From Phycisphaeraceae bacterium (GTDB lineage: Bacteria > Planctomycetota > Phycisphaerae > Phycisphaerales > Phycisphaeraceae), in contig OY771506.1 of the NCBI GenBank assembly GCA_963674705.1, forward strand, positions 2,880,001 to 2,944,000: a stretch of DNA of 64,000 bases. The letters are read 5' to 3'. Position numbers and translations under genes: made by a program. Shown here piece by piece: positions 47,051 to 56,405 of this stretch. Each line of letters starts with the position of its first letter. Within the stretch, counting starts at the first letter, position 1. The notes beneath the pieces were generated by a model. The model worked only from the letters and a program-made list of their open reading frames with translations, was not told the DNA's origin and ran no database searches.

Positions 47051-48877
47051 TCAGCAATCTATCCCCATGGCCTTCCTTAACTCACTTGCGATCCAAGCGA
47101 GTTCTTCGTTTCTTAACTGGCTAAGCATGGTGATTTTTCTGCCTTGTTTACGGTGGATCTGCAGGTTGAGGATGGGGATGTCGTTGACGCGGGTGCCGGA
47201 TTCGTCGCGGCGGATGGAGGCGATGTTGTCGCGGTGTACTTCGTCCTGTAGGGTTTTGAAGATGTTCTTGCGTGTGATGAGCAGTGTGTCGCCAACGACG
47301 TCGAGGATGGCGCGGCGTCGGCCGGCGTTGATGGCGCCCAGCAGCATGCCGATGCCGATCAGTAGGAAGATACCGAGGAAGGGGATGATGAAAAGCAGGT
47401 CGGTCCATTGTTTGAACGCGCCGACGAAGATCATCACCGTGATGATGATGGCGATGATGAGATTCCATACGATCGCGAAACCGAACAGGCCTTTGCTGGC
47501 TTTGAGGATGCCAACCGGTGGGACGGTGATGGTGATGCCGTCGCGGCTTTTTTCGAGCGTGGCGATGGCGCTTGCGGGGCGGGGCAGATCGTTGGATTGA
47601 TTGGCTTCGAGGTCCTGGCTTGCATCGCGTGGTTTGGCTAAAACGCTGCGCAGTTCGCCGGCGATCCATGCCAATTCATCGTTGGACAGTTGGCTTAGCA
47701 GTGCGATCTTCTTGCCTTGTTTGCGGTGGATCTGAAGGTTGAGGATGGGCACATCATTGACCTCGGTGCCGCTTGCATCGCGGCGGATCGATTCGATCTC
47801 GTCGCGGTGGACTTCTTCCTGCCTGGTTTTGAAAATGCTTTTACGTGTGATGAGCAGTGTGTCGCCGACGACATCGAGGATAGCGCGGCGTTTGCCGGCG
47901 TTGATCGCGGCGAGCGCCATCCAGATGCCGACAGTCCAGAAAAGCGGGACTATCAGCCAGACCACCCAAGCGTCGGGGTCTGTCATCGCACCGCCTGCAA
48001 TCGTGCCGATAGTGAACACAGACATGAACAGGTTCCATATGATCGAGAAGCCGAACATCCCTTTGGAACCTTTGCGCATGCCGACGGGCGGGACGGTGAT
48101 GGTCAGGCCGTCGCTGTTGTATTCAAGCGTTGATACGGCATCGTCGGGGCGTGGCGGTGTTTCATACTGGTTTGATGGTTGTGGTTCGTTATTGCGGTGT
48201 TGGCTTGCTGACCTGACGAGATTATCACCGAGCGTGCGCTCTTCGACGGCAATGGAGGTTTGGTCGCTCTCGAAGAGGGTAGCGCCGGCCTGCTGTTCGA
48301 CTTGTGCCGAGATATCGGTGGCGAGGGCGAGCAGCAGTTCTTGTTTATAGCCCCATGTAAGGTTGCGTGTTTTGCCGTCGGTGAGCGTGATGTTAAGCGC
48401 CGCGGCGATGTTTGAAAGAAAGTCAGGCGCTTCGCCGGGGCGGGCGGTTTTGACTTGGAGTTTTTTGATTTTACTGATGTTGTATTTCCTGCGGCGGCGC
48501 AGCGGGCCCGAGCCTTGGGTTGTGATGAGTTGATCGCTGCGCAGTTCGATGCTGGTTTTTCCGCCAGATAGGAATCGGCCGAATTTGAGCAGGGGGATGC
48601 CGAAGAACAGGCAGGGCAGCGCGAAGAAAGCGCCGAACAGATTGGTGAAGTCGTAGCTGCCAGCTTGTCCACCGCTTGACCATTGGTCCATCAACCACGT
48701 GTACAGGCCGGTGGGGAAGAGGATCAGGTAGAGCGCAACGCCGATCAGAATCAACCCGATGAGCGTGAGCAGGTTTGCGATTTTTTTAAGCCAGCCGGCT
48801 TCACGTTTCGGCAGCAGGTACATCACGCCGGTTGGCGTGGACTGCACGGTGACTTCGGGGGGCAGGGGAGTTGGCAT
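47051..48877 (-). CDS. Hypothetical membrane protein, paralog 2 (three modules, last two duplicated)
   Basis: Repeated DG(L/I)TITVPPVG...SKG.FGF.I.WNL...AINAG.RRAILDVVGDTLLITRK...PILNLQIHRKQG...ELAWIA.EL. Confidence 0.85.
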   Translation of the reverse strand: MPTPLPPEVTVQSTPTGVMYLLPKREAGWLKKIANLLTLIGLILIGVALYLILFPTGLYTWLMDQWSSGGQAGSYDFTNLFGAFFALPCLFFGIPLLKFGRFLSGGKTSIELRSDQLITTQGSGPLRRRRKYNISKIKKLQVKTARPGEAPDFLSNIAAALNITLTDGKTRNLTWGYKQELLLALATDISAQVEQQAGATLFESDQTSIAVEERTLGDNLVRSASQHRNNEPQPSNQYETPPRPDDAVSTLEYNSDGLTITVPPVGMRKGSKGMFGFSIIWNLFMSVFTIGTIAGGAMTDPDAWVVWLIVPLFWTVGIWMALAAINAGKRRAILDVVGDTLLITRKSIFKTRQEEVHRDEIESIRRDASGTEVNDVPILNLQIHRKQGKKIALLSQLSNDELAWIAGELRSVLAKPRDASQDLEANQSNDLPRPASAIATLEKSRDGITITVPPVGILKASKGLFGFAIVWNLIIAIIITVMIFVGAFKQWTDLLFIIPFLGIFLLIGIGMLLGAINAGRRRAILDVVGDTLLITRKNIFKTLQDEVHRDNIASIRRDESGTRVNDIPILNLQIHRKQGRKITMLSQLRNEELAWIASELRKAMGIDC

Positions 48878-48986
48878 GATGCTTTTATATCGGCCGTTGT
48901 GGACGGATGCTGGAATTGGTGATTGTTGCCACGAAAAGGCACAGATATGGGTCTGGGGTCTAGGGTCTAGTCAGAAACTTCCGGGG

Positions 48987-49059
48987 CAACGCCGGTCCTG
49001 AGCGAAGCGAAGGGGCGGGTATCTTCATGTTCAATGTTCGATGTGCGATGTTCAATCTG
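48987..49059 (+). repeat. Dispersed hairpin element, copy 2, with heptamers
   Basis: CAACGCCGGTCCTGAGCGAAGCGAAGGGGCGGGTATCTT, then catgt tcaatgt tcgatgt gcgatgt tcaatct. Confidence 0.85.
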
Positions 49060-49182
49060 GAAGCGGCAACCAGTAATCCGTGCTAATGGCTAACGGCTTA
49101 AACAACTCATACATTTCGAAAGGAAACTTTGGGATAGCCACGAAAAGGCACAGAAGGGGCTGGTGAATTGACTCGGGTTGAT

Positions 49183-50436
49183 TTAGATGCTTGCCGGCAT
49201 CATCAACCGTCTTAAGACTTCGACTAGCCAGACGAGGTCTTCGGTCTTTCGGCCGTGGAGGAGCCTGAGCTGTTTGCCTTTGTGTTGATCGATGACCAAT
49301 TCGTATTCGGATTGGTTGTTACGCTGGACTTCAGTGTCTTTGAGCGTGACTGATTTGATGTTGGTGCCGGGGATCGAAGTTAATGAAGTGCGGCCAAACC
49401 GATGACGGTAGATCAGCAGGTGGGGTTCGTCCGCTTCCATTTTGATGATGAATCGGTATTCGCTGAGCAGGCGCTGGAGTGGTAGGAAGACTAACATCGT
49501 GAACAAGCCGGGGCCGGCTCCAATGAATACAAGCAGGCATAGCCACGCGAAGCCGTCCTGGTTCCACTTGCTGTAGTGTGTCAGTACGTGTCCTGTGCCG
49601 AACAATGCGCCGCTCGCCGCGACACTGCCGAATCCTATTCTTAGAAAGTCAGAAAGCGTCGGCTTGGGCCTGAAGATACGCACTTCCAGTTGATCGGCGG
49701 TTTCGCTGTAATAGAGTTCCGATCCGTCGGGTAGTGGTGGCAGACGTGACTCGTAATCGGGTTCCGTGCATTCGGATGCTTCGGCGACTTTGAGGCCGTA
49801 CTCGTTGATGAAGTCGAACGCAAGCGGCAGAGGTTGATGTTGCATTTGCAATTGATATGCAAGCGGAACGAGCCAATCGGCGGGGTAATCGTTGGCGATG
49901 ATGAAGGGATTGCCAGATTGCCTTGTCACTGTCAGCGTTGCGAGTGCTGGTCGTTTATTAAAACGCTCGGCGGTTTGCTTTTCCAGCGCGCTATGCGTTG
50001 GCTGGGTGATTCTCAGGCCGGTCAGTTCAGTGAGTTGGACGTGTTTGCGTGATCTGAATGGCCCCCGGTGGATGAGGGTGTATAACCGATCGTTGTCTGA
50101 CGAGACTTCCAGCCAACCGAAGCTTTGCAGCAGGAATTTATCCGTGTTTATGAGTACTGGGATCAATGCAATCAGTAGTGGCACAAGTATTGAGAGAGCG
50201 ATCGCCAGAGCTCGGGAGGTGAGTGGTGGGCTTGTCAAAATCACCCAGGTCATTCTGCCGGCAAAAGGGAGGATTGCCAGGATGACTAACGTGTAGAACA
50301 GGTGAGTCAGCAAACCTGTTTTGTAAGGTCGAGGGCACAGCACGAAACGATAGCCGTCGGAGGCGTCGTGGCGTTGAACCGCTGGGGGCAGTTCGGTTGG
50401 TCGCTGAATGCTGTCGTCGGCGTTATCCCGGTTCAT
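49183..50436 (-). CDS. Hypothetical membrane protein, divergent paralog 3
   Basis: PTELPPAVQ..GYRFVLCPR N-terminus, RGPFRSRK, two TM pairs, and ending EDLVWLVEVLRR, similar to paralogs 1 and 2. Confidence 0.75.
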   Translation of the reverse strand: MNRDNADDSIQRPTELPPAVQRHDASDGYRFVLCPRPYKTGLLTHLFYTLVILAILPFAGRMTWVILTSPPLTSRALAIALSILVPLLIALIPVLINTDKFLLQSFGWLEVSSDNDRLYTLIHRGPFRSRKHVQLTELTGLRITQPTHSALEKQTAERFNKRPALATLTVTRQSGNPFIIANDYPADWLVPLAYQLQMQHQPLPLAFDFINEYGLKVAEASECTEPDYESRLPPLPDGSELYYSETADQLEVRIFRPKPTLSDFLRIGFGSVAASGALFGTGHVLTHYSKWNQDGFAWLCLLVFIGAGPGLFTMLVFLPLQRLLSEYRFIIKMEADEPHLLIYRHRFGRTSLTSIPGTNIKSVTLKDTEVQRNNQSEYELVIDQHKGKQLRLLHGRKTEDLVWLVEVLRRLMMPASI

Positions 50437-50507
50437 GGCACCATTATGCCATGGTTACGCGACATGTGGTTAGGATTAGCAGCGTGCCCATGTCTGGTAT
50501 GTCAGGA

Positions 50508-50603
50508 TAGCCATGAAAATGCACAGAAGACACAAAAGGGGCTGCGTAAAGAAGACCTCTGTGTGCCTTTGAATTATGTGTGTTTTGTGCCTTTTTGTGG
50601 CTA
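50508..50603. repeat. Imperfect ~30-bp inverted repeat (GCCACGAAAAGGCACA family)
   Basis: tagccatgaaaatgcacagaagacacaaaa pairs with ttatgtgtgttttgtgcctttttgtggcta; half copies at 48928 and 49137. Confidence 0.75.
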
Positions 50604-50619
50604 GATCTTAATGTTGAGC

Positions 50620-52167
50620 TTACGCGGCTTGTGGTTGTAGTCGGCGGGTGTTGAGGGCTGAGCGGAAGTGTGTCCAGAGGCTTGTCGTGCCGACGTAGAA
50701 GTAGCCGGTGGCGAAGAGGCAGAGGAAGGGGAGGCTGACAGCGCGGTGGCCGGTGTGCAGGGACAGCCAGAGGCACAGCAGCATGTACGCTCCCATCGCC
50801 AGTTCGAGCAGGCAGACGGGGCGTTTGATTTGCGGGATGTGGATGATGCGGTCCGTCTTTGCGGTGTTGTATTTAGGTGTGCGGATGAAGGGTGAATCGT
50901 GGCCGATGAGCGCTTCGATACAGGCGATGGCGTTGTTGAGTGCGATGCCGATGGTGATTGCCATGAGGAAAGGGATCTGCACTATGGTTGATAGTATGCT
51001 GCGTTTGAGGACTTTCTGGCTTGCGATGTAGAAGACACTGGCGGAGACGGTGCCGAGGCAGAACAGGCTCATGCCCAGGATCAAACCGAGCCAGGCGCTG
51101 TTGCCCGCAGCTTTAACGTTGAGCGAGATCACTGGAAAAAATAGCAGCGCGAGCAGTGTGACATATAGGTGTACCATCGGCCCGGTGAGGTGGAAGAACG
51201 CTTCGAGCTTGATCTTCTTTGAGACATTGGCGCGCATTAATGTGGGCAGGAGTTTTAGCGCGGTCTGGATCGAGCCTTTGGTCCAGCGGTGTTGCTGGCT
51301 TTTGAAGGCGTTGATTTCGGGCGGCAGTTCGGCGGGGCATTCAACCCAAGGCAGGAACAGAAAGTTCCAGCCGGCAAGCTGGGCGCGGTAGGACAGGTCG
51401 ACATCTTCGGTGAGTGTGTCGTGCTGCCAGCCGCCTGCGGATTCGATGGCCTCACGGCGCCAGAGCCCGGCGGTGCCGTTGAAGTTGAACCATGCGCCGT
51501 TGCGGTTGCGTGCGGTGTGTTCGATGACGAAGTGGCCGTCGAGGAAGATGGCCTGGCCGCGTGTGAGCAGCGAGTCATTGCGGTTGAGGTGTGCCCAGCG
51601 CGTCTGGACCATGCCGAGGGTCGGGTCGGTGAAGTAGTGGACGGTGCGTTTGAGGAAGGAAGGGGGCGGGACGAAGTCTGCATCGAAGATAGCGATCAAC
51701 TCGCCCGTCGCGGATTGGATCGCGGCCTGAAGCGCCCCGGCTTTGTAGCCCGAGCGGTCGATGCGGTGCAGGTATTGGATGTCGATGCCCTGCTGGGCCC
51801 AGTACTCGACGCGTTGTTTGGCGGTTTCGGTGGATTCGTCTGTCGAGTCGTCGACGACCTGGATTTGGAGCCGATCGGGTGGATACTCGAGCCGGCAGGC
51901 GGCGTCGATGATGCGCTCGACGACGGTCCCTTCATTATAGATAGGCAGTTGTAGGGTCACGCGAGGCAGGTCGGCGAAGCGCTCGACCGGGCGGGGGATG
52001 GTGCGGCGGTATTTATTGAAAAGGTAGACCAGCCAGTAGCGGTGCAGGCCGTAGATCGCGATCAGGGTCATGATGGCCAGGTAGAGGCCCGTGACGACCC
52101 AGCGCAGGATGGGTGAATTCAGCCAGCCTGTGAGGTCGTTTGTTGTGGATAAGAGCAACTGGATCAT
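50620..52167 (-). CDS. Processive GT2 glycosyltransferase (cellulose-synthase-like)
   Basis: QLPIYNE, DDS, GYKAGAL, DADF, LTED, QQHRW (QxxRW), multiple TMs and F.RTPK. Confidence 0.92.
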   Translation of the reverse strand: MIQLLLSTTNDLTGWLNSPILRWVVTGLYLAIMTLIAIYGLHRYWLVYLFNKYRRTIPRPVERFADLPRVTLQLPIYNEGTVVERIIDAACRLEYPPDRLQIQVVDDSTDESTETAKQRVEYWAQQGIDIQYLHRIDRSGYKAGALQAAIQSATGELIAIFDADFVPPPSFLKRTVHYFTDPTLGMVQTRWAHLNRNDSLLTRGQAIFLDGHFVIEHTARNRNGAWFNFNGTAGLWRREAIESAGGWQHDTLTEDVDLSYRAQLAGWNFLFLPWVECPAELPPEINAFKSQQHRWTKGSIQTALKLLPTLMRANVSKKIKLEAFFHLTGPMVHLYVTLLALLFFPVISLNVKAAGNSAWLGLILGMSLFCLGTVSASVFYIASQKVLKRSILSTIVQIPFLMAITIGIALNNAIACIEALIGHDSPFIRTPKYNTAKTDRIIHIPQIKRPVCLLELAMGAYMLLCLWLSLHTGHRAVSLPFLCLFATGYFYVGTTSLWTHFRSALNTRRLQPQAA

Positions 52168-52188
52168 CGGCTGATATTCATGGTGCAT

Positions 52189-52217
52189 TTATCGGACCGG
52201 GGCATTTATGAGCTTCA
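52189..52217 (-). promoter_or_regulatory. Candidate sigma28-like promoter for the GT2 gene
   Basis: TGAAG-N16-TCCGATAA on the minus strand. Confidence 0.45.
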
Positions 52218-52308
52218 GACAGGTCTGTTTTATGTAGATCAGCGATCTAAGCGTGGATTCTGCCCTCTCTGGTGTGTCCGGATAGTTGTTGAGCTAAGTG
52301 TCATCCCT

Positions 52309-52337
52309 TCAAGTGCTTTCGCGTGGCGGTCCGATAA
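52309..52337 (+). promoter_or_regulatory. Candidate sigma28-like promoter for the TolB-like cluster
   Basis: TCAAG-N16-TCCGATAA; a second TTAAG-N17-CCCGATAA at 52356-52385. Confidence 0.5.
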
Positions 52338-52432
52338 AGCATCTATGGGCTTCGCTTAAGCCCAGAGGACCCGCTGCCCCGATAACGGCATAGCGGTGTT
52401 CACGACTTACGAGTTTGGAACCAAGGTGGGCC

Positions 52433-53761
52433 ATGACGTTTCGTAACCTCACGCAAATAACTGCCTTGGGCCTGTTTTTATTCGCGACGGGTGGCTGCCA
52501 TCAGTTCTACACCGGCGGATACGGGCTTAAGAGCGGCGACCGGGAAGCTGTTTTGGCATATGAAAAGGCCAAGCAGGAGCGTGCGGAACAGGTGAAAGTG
52601 GCCGAGCTTGAAGCCAAGCGGACCGGCCCAATCGACTTCCAGTCCGGCGGCCAGAACATCGAAACCGGCCCCGTCCCGCGTCCGGGCTACACAGTACAAA
52701 ACACGGCCAACAACGTGCCGATCAACCAGCGGGCGACCGGGAATCTCGGACTCTACGGTCACATCCCCAACGCCAAGCGGCCCCGCACCAGCGCCCTGGA
52801 CGGGCTGAACAACCTTAAACAGGTCACTTTCACCACCGAGGGTGCGGATTTTGATCCAGATATCGACCCGACCGGCAACTGGCTGGTCCATGCCTCGACC
52901 CGCCACCGCGTGACGTCGGACCTTTACATCAAGAGCGTGAACGGTCAGACGCTGCGGCAACTGACGGACGATCCGGGCAACGAGGTGATGCCGGCGTTCA
53001 GCCCGGACGGAACGCGGATCGCTTTTGCATCCGATCGGTCGGGTAACTGGGATATTTACATCGTCGACGTCAATGGCGGTCGGCCGGTGCAGATCACCAA
53101 CAGTCCGAGCGACGACATCCACCCGAGTTTCTCTCGCGACGGGCAGAAACTGGTTTACAGCACCTACGGCTCACAGAGCGGGCAGTGGGAGATGGTGCTG
53201 GTGGATTTGAACCATCCCGCAGACAAGCGCTTCATCAGCAACGGTTTATTCCCGAGCTGGTCGCCGACGGAAGACAAGATCGTTTTCCAGCGGGCACGTC
53301 AGCGTGGGACGCGATGGTTCAGCATCTGGACGATCGACCTGGTCAATGATGAAGCGATGGCTCCGACAGAGATCGCGGCGAGCACAAATGCGGCGGCCAT
53401 CACCCCGGACTGGAGTCCGGACGGCAAGCAGATCGTTTTCTGCACCGTGATCGATCCGGATGCAACGGAACAAGAGGGTCCGCCGCAGGCAGACATCTGG
53501 CTGGTGAATGCAGATGGATCGAACCGTGTTCGCCTGACGATGGGCCGATTCTCAAACATCCAGCCGACGTGGGCGAACTCTGGGCAGATCTACTTCACCT
53601 CCGACCGTGCGGGTGAAGGGATTGAGAATGTCTGGTCGATCAGGCCTGACCACGCCCAGCGCATGGCGATGAATCCCGTGAATCCCATGACGATGCAGGC
53701 TCATAACGAGGCTGCAGATACAGAGAGTCAAGGAACAGAGGCCATGGTGCCGACCCCATAA
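52433..53761 (+). CDS. TolB-like PD40 beta-propeller lipoprotein
   Basis: Lipobox-like FATGGC and repeats PAFSPDGTRIAFASDRSGNWDIY, PSFSRDGQKLVY, PSWSP and PDWSPDGKQIVF. Confidence 0.88.
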   Translation: MTFRNLTQITALGLFLFATGGCHQFYTGGYGLKSGDREAVLAYEKAKQERAEQVKVAELEAKRTGPIDFQSGGQNIETGPVPRPGYTVQNTANNVPINQRATGNLGLYGHIPNAKRPRTSALDGLNNLKQVTFTTEGADFDPDIDPTGNWLVHASTRHRVTSDLYIKSVNGQTLRQLTDDPGNEVMPAFSPDGTRIAFASDRSGNWDIYIVDVNGGRPVQITNSPSDDIHPSFSRDGQKLVYSTYGSQSGQWEMVLVDLNHPADKRFISNGLFPSWSPTEDKIVFQRARQRGTRWFSIWTIDLVNDEAMAPTEIAASTNAAAITPDWSPDGKQIVFCTVIDPDATEQEGPPQADIWLVNADGSNRVRLTMGRFSNIQPTWANSGQIYFTSDRAGEGIENVWSIRPDHAQRMAMNPVNPMTMQAHNEAADTESQGTEAMVPTP

Positions 53762-53893
53762 GGACCGATTTGTTGCTTTGCCCCTGGGTATCCCCGGATA
53801 CGCCGGAGGTCTTCGGACCTCCGAAGTGAGGCGAGCGGAAACTGAATAGAACCCCGGCAGCGGAGGCTGCTGGAAAACTCACGGCAGGACGCC

Positions 53894-54646
53894 ATGAAAA
53901 GTGAACAGGCCATGTGGATGGTAGTGGCGCTAGCCGTGTTAGCGGTTGGCTGTCAGTACCGAGGCGTCAAGAAGACCGAAGGCTTAAGCGCCCCTTACGA
54001 GGAGCGGCAGGTCTGGGCGGTGGCTCCGTTACGTAACGAATCCGGCAGCTTGTATGCCGACGGCTTGCGTACCGCGGACAAACTCGCCCAGCGGCTGGAG
54101 ACGGTCGTCGGCGTGGACACGATCCCGGTGAATCGGGTGCTTGCAGCGATGCAGGCCCAGCAGATGTCGGCTGTGACCAGTGCGGATGATGTGTTTCACT
54201 TACGCGAGCTTTTGGGCGTTGATGCGATCGTGATCGGGTCGATCACGGATTACGATCCGTACGATCCGCCGAAACTCGGGCTGACCATCGAGCTGTACTT
54301 CAATCCAAAACGGGTTCAGGCGAACGCAACGAATCTGCGTAAGCTGGTCACCGCCCCGACGGGCGATTCGACCGTGCCCGCCGAACCCGCCCGCCCGTCT
54401 CCGCCGGTCAGCGTCGTATCCGGTTTCTACGATGCCGCCGATCCGGGCGTGCATGAACTACTTGTTGAATACGCCGAAGCCAGGGACGACGCGGTGCGTG
54501 ACGATCCGGCTCGCGGCTGGCGCCTCTACCAACTGGACATGGACCTGTACACCGAGTTTGTGACTTACTTGGTGAGTCGGCAATTATTGCGGGTCGAAGA
54601 ACAACGACTCGCACCACCGCCGCTCGCCGCAGAACCCGCGACCTGA
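53894..54646 (+). CDS. Putative lipoprotein (alpha/beta, CsgG/TolB-N/DUF799-like pattern)
   Basis: Lipobox LAVGC; VWAVAPLRNES and LGVDAIVIGSITDY. Confidence 0.7.
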   Translation: MKSEQAMWMVVALAVLAVGCQYRGVKKTEGLSAPYEERQVWAVAPLRNESGSLYADGLRTADKLAQRLETVVGVDTIPVNRVLAAMQAQQMSAVTSADDVFHLRELLGVDAIVIGSITDYDPYDPPKLGLTIELYFNPKRVQANATNLRKLVTAPTGDSTVPAEPARPSPPVSVVSGFYDAADPGVHELLVEYAEARDDAVRDDPARGWRLYQLDMDLYTEFVTYLVSRQLLRVEEQRLAPPPLAAEPAT

Positions 54647-54693
54647 CGGGTCGGCACGTAGCCGATCCCGAAGCGGGATCGAGAGCGTGCCGT

Positions 54694-54990
54694 ATGTCAG
54701 AACCCATTGAAGACAACCAGACGGGCCCGGGCCCAAGCCTGCACGAGCAGGTCGCCGCCGACGGCGGCCGAGAACTGCTGCTGATCAAGCACGGTCAGCG
54801 TTACGTGTTCCGATGCGCGCACGGCCAGGAGCCGCAACTGCTCGATCAGATCATCGAAATGGCGCGTGATCCGGAGTCGGACATCCAGTGGTTCGACGCG
54901 GCGATGTTGTCGCATCAACTCGGCTCACGCATCGCGGATCAACTCAACCGTGTCAAGCAAACACATGACCCGTTAGGGCTTAACGAATAA
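54694..54990 (+). CDS. Small hypothetical protein
   Basis: Coding-like ORF (LIKHGQRYVFRC..GQE, WFDAAMLS) co-oriented between the lipoprotein and xerC. Confidence 0.7.
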   Translation: MSEPIEDNQTGPGPSLHEQVAADGGRELLLIKHGQRYVFRCAHGQEPQLLDQIIEMARDPESDIQWFDAAMLSHQLGSRIADQLNRVKQTHDPLGLNE

Positions 54991-55085
54991 CCCAAAACCA
55001 TGATGCGGGCGTGATGTCCGCAAACTGTCCGAGAAAACGTGCGGTGTGACAGCCGCAACGGCCGATGAATAAAGAGGAAACGACC

Positions 55086-56066
55086 ATGGCAGCACAAAAT
55101 CAAACTATCGAACAGTTCGTCAATTACCTGCGGTATGAAAGGCACTTCAGCCCGTATACCGCCCGCTGCTACGGCGCGGACCTCCGACAGTATGCCGAGT
55201 TCCTCAACGGCGACGCTCCGGGCCAGCAGCCTGACCCGAACATGCAGCCCGGTGAGAACACTATCGAACGGCTCGAACAGCGTTTGAAGAACGCAGACGC
55301 CATGATCATCCGCAGCTTCCTGACACACTTGGACGGCTTCGGCTATTCACCGGCAACCACCGCACGCAAGATCGCGACGCTCCGCAGCTTCTACAAATGG
55401 CTGCTGAAGCGCGGCGAGTGCACGACCAACCCGATGCTGCTGATCCGCACACCCAAGCAGACCAAGCGCCTGCCCAAAGCCATCACCGTCGAGCAGGTCG
55501 AAAAACTGCTCAGCGCTCCGGACAACCGCGACACGCTCGGCGCCCGTGACCGTGCGATCCTCGAAACGCTTTACTCCACCGGCGTCCGCGTCAGCGAACT
55601 GGTCGACCTCAACCGTAACGACCTGGACCAGACAGGCCAGACTTTGAACATCCGTGGCAAGGGCAAGAAAGAACGCATCGTGCCGCTTGGTTCGCACGCC
55701 ATCGCCGCCATCCGTCACTACCTGACGCTGCTCGAGCCCGATCAGCGTTTCACCGCACTGCGTCAGCAGTCGATGTCGGATCCGGCGATCCCGCTGTTCG
55801 TCAATAAGAACGGTGGCCGGCTCTCGACCCGTTCGGTGCGTCGTAAGCTCGATAAGTATCTCAAGACCTGCGGCCTCGACGCGACGATCAGCCCGCATAC
55901 CTTGCGTCACAGTTTTGCGACCCACTTGTTGGACAATGGCGCCGACCTGCGCAGTGTCCAGGAACTGCTCGGCCACCAGTCGCTCTCGACCACGCAGATC
56001 TACACCCACCTGTCGAGCATGCGACTCCGCACAGCCTACGATGAGGCACACCCCCGCGCTGTGTGA
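55086..56066 (+). CDS. xerC: Tyrosine recombinase XerC
   Basis: ER.FSPYT, ARKIATLRSFYK, RDRAILETLYSTGVRVSEL, GKGKKER, SPHTLRHSFATHLL and LLGH..LSTTQIYTH. Confidence 0.9.
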   Translation: MAAQNQTIEQFVNYLRYERHFSPYTARCYGADLRQYAEFLNGDAPGQQPDPNMQPGENTIERLEQRLKNADAMIIRSFLTHLDGFGYSPATTARKIATLRSFYKWLLKRGECTTNPMLLIRTPKQTKRLPKAITVEQVEKLLSAPDNRDTLGARDRAILETLYSTGVRVSELVDLNRNDLDQTGQTLNIRGKGKKERIVPLGSHAIAAIRHYLTLLEPDQRFTALRQQSMSDPAIPLFVNKNGGRLSTRSVRRKLDKYLKTCGLDATISPHTLRHSFATHLLDNGADLRSVQELLGHQSLSTTQIYTHLSSMRLRTAYDEAHPRAV

Positions 56067-56112
56067 TGAGGGCACGAGCCAGATGGACCCGGGGAACAGG
56101 TCGGACAAACAC

Positions 56113-56147
56113 AACGCCCACGCACGGAGGTGTGGGCGTTTTTTATT
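56113..56147 (+). terminator. Intrinsic terminator after xerC
   Basis: AACGCCCACGC-acgga-GGTGTGGGCGTTTTTT hairpin with T tail. Confidence 0.75.
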
Positions 56148-56216
56148 TAGAGCATTAGCCGGGGAAAGCAGAAAGCAGGAAACGCAGAAAATTAAGACAA
56201 CTGCTTTGTACGATTT

Positions 56217-56333
56217 TCCGATACCCGATACCCGATACCCGATACCCGAGAAGATACCCGGCCCTTCGCTTCGCTCAGAACCGGCGTTGGGGGGAAGAAA
56301 GCCATTAGCCTATAGCGATTAGCCATTAGCAAT
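56217..56333 (-). repeat. Dispersed hairpin element, copy 3 (inverted), flanked by (CCCGATA)n and TAGCCAT arrays
   Basis: Reverse complement reads CCCAACGCCGGTTCTGAGCGAAGCGAAGGGCCGGGTATCTT, then (TCGGGTA)x4; aagccat tagccta tagcgat tagccat tagcaat at 56299. Confidence 0.85.
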
Positions 56334-56405
56334 ACAATTTCCACACCCCACACCCGATAACCATCCCCCTGAAACTCACACACGTAACCTGATACCCTAT
56401 TACCC

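Noticed and set aside
55086..56066. Prophage or island integrase
   Set aside because: Size and motifs fit housekeeping XerC, with host-like codon usage and no adjacent tRNA, att repeats or phage genes.
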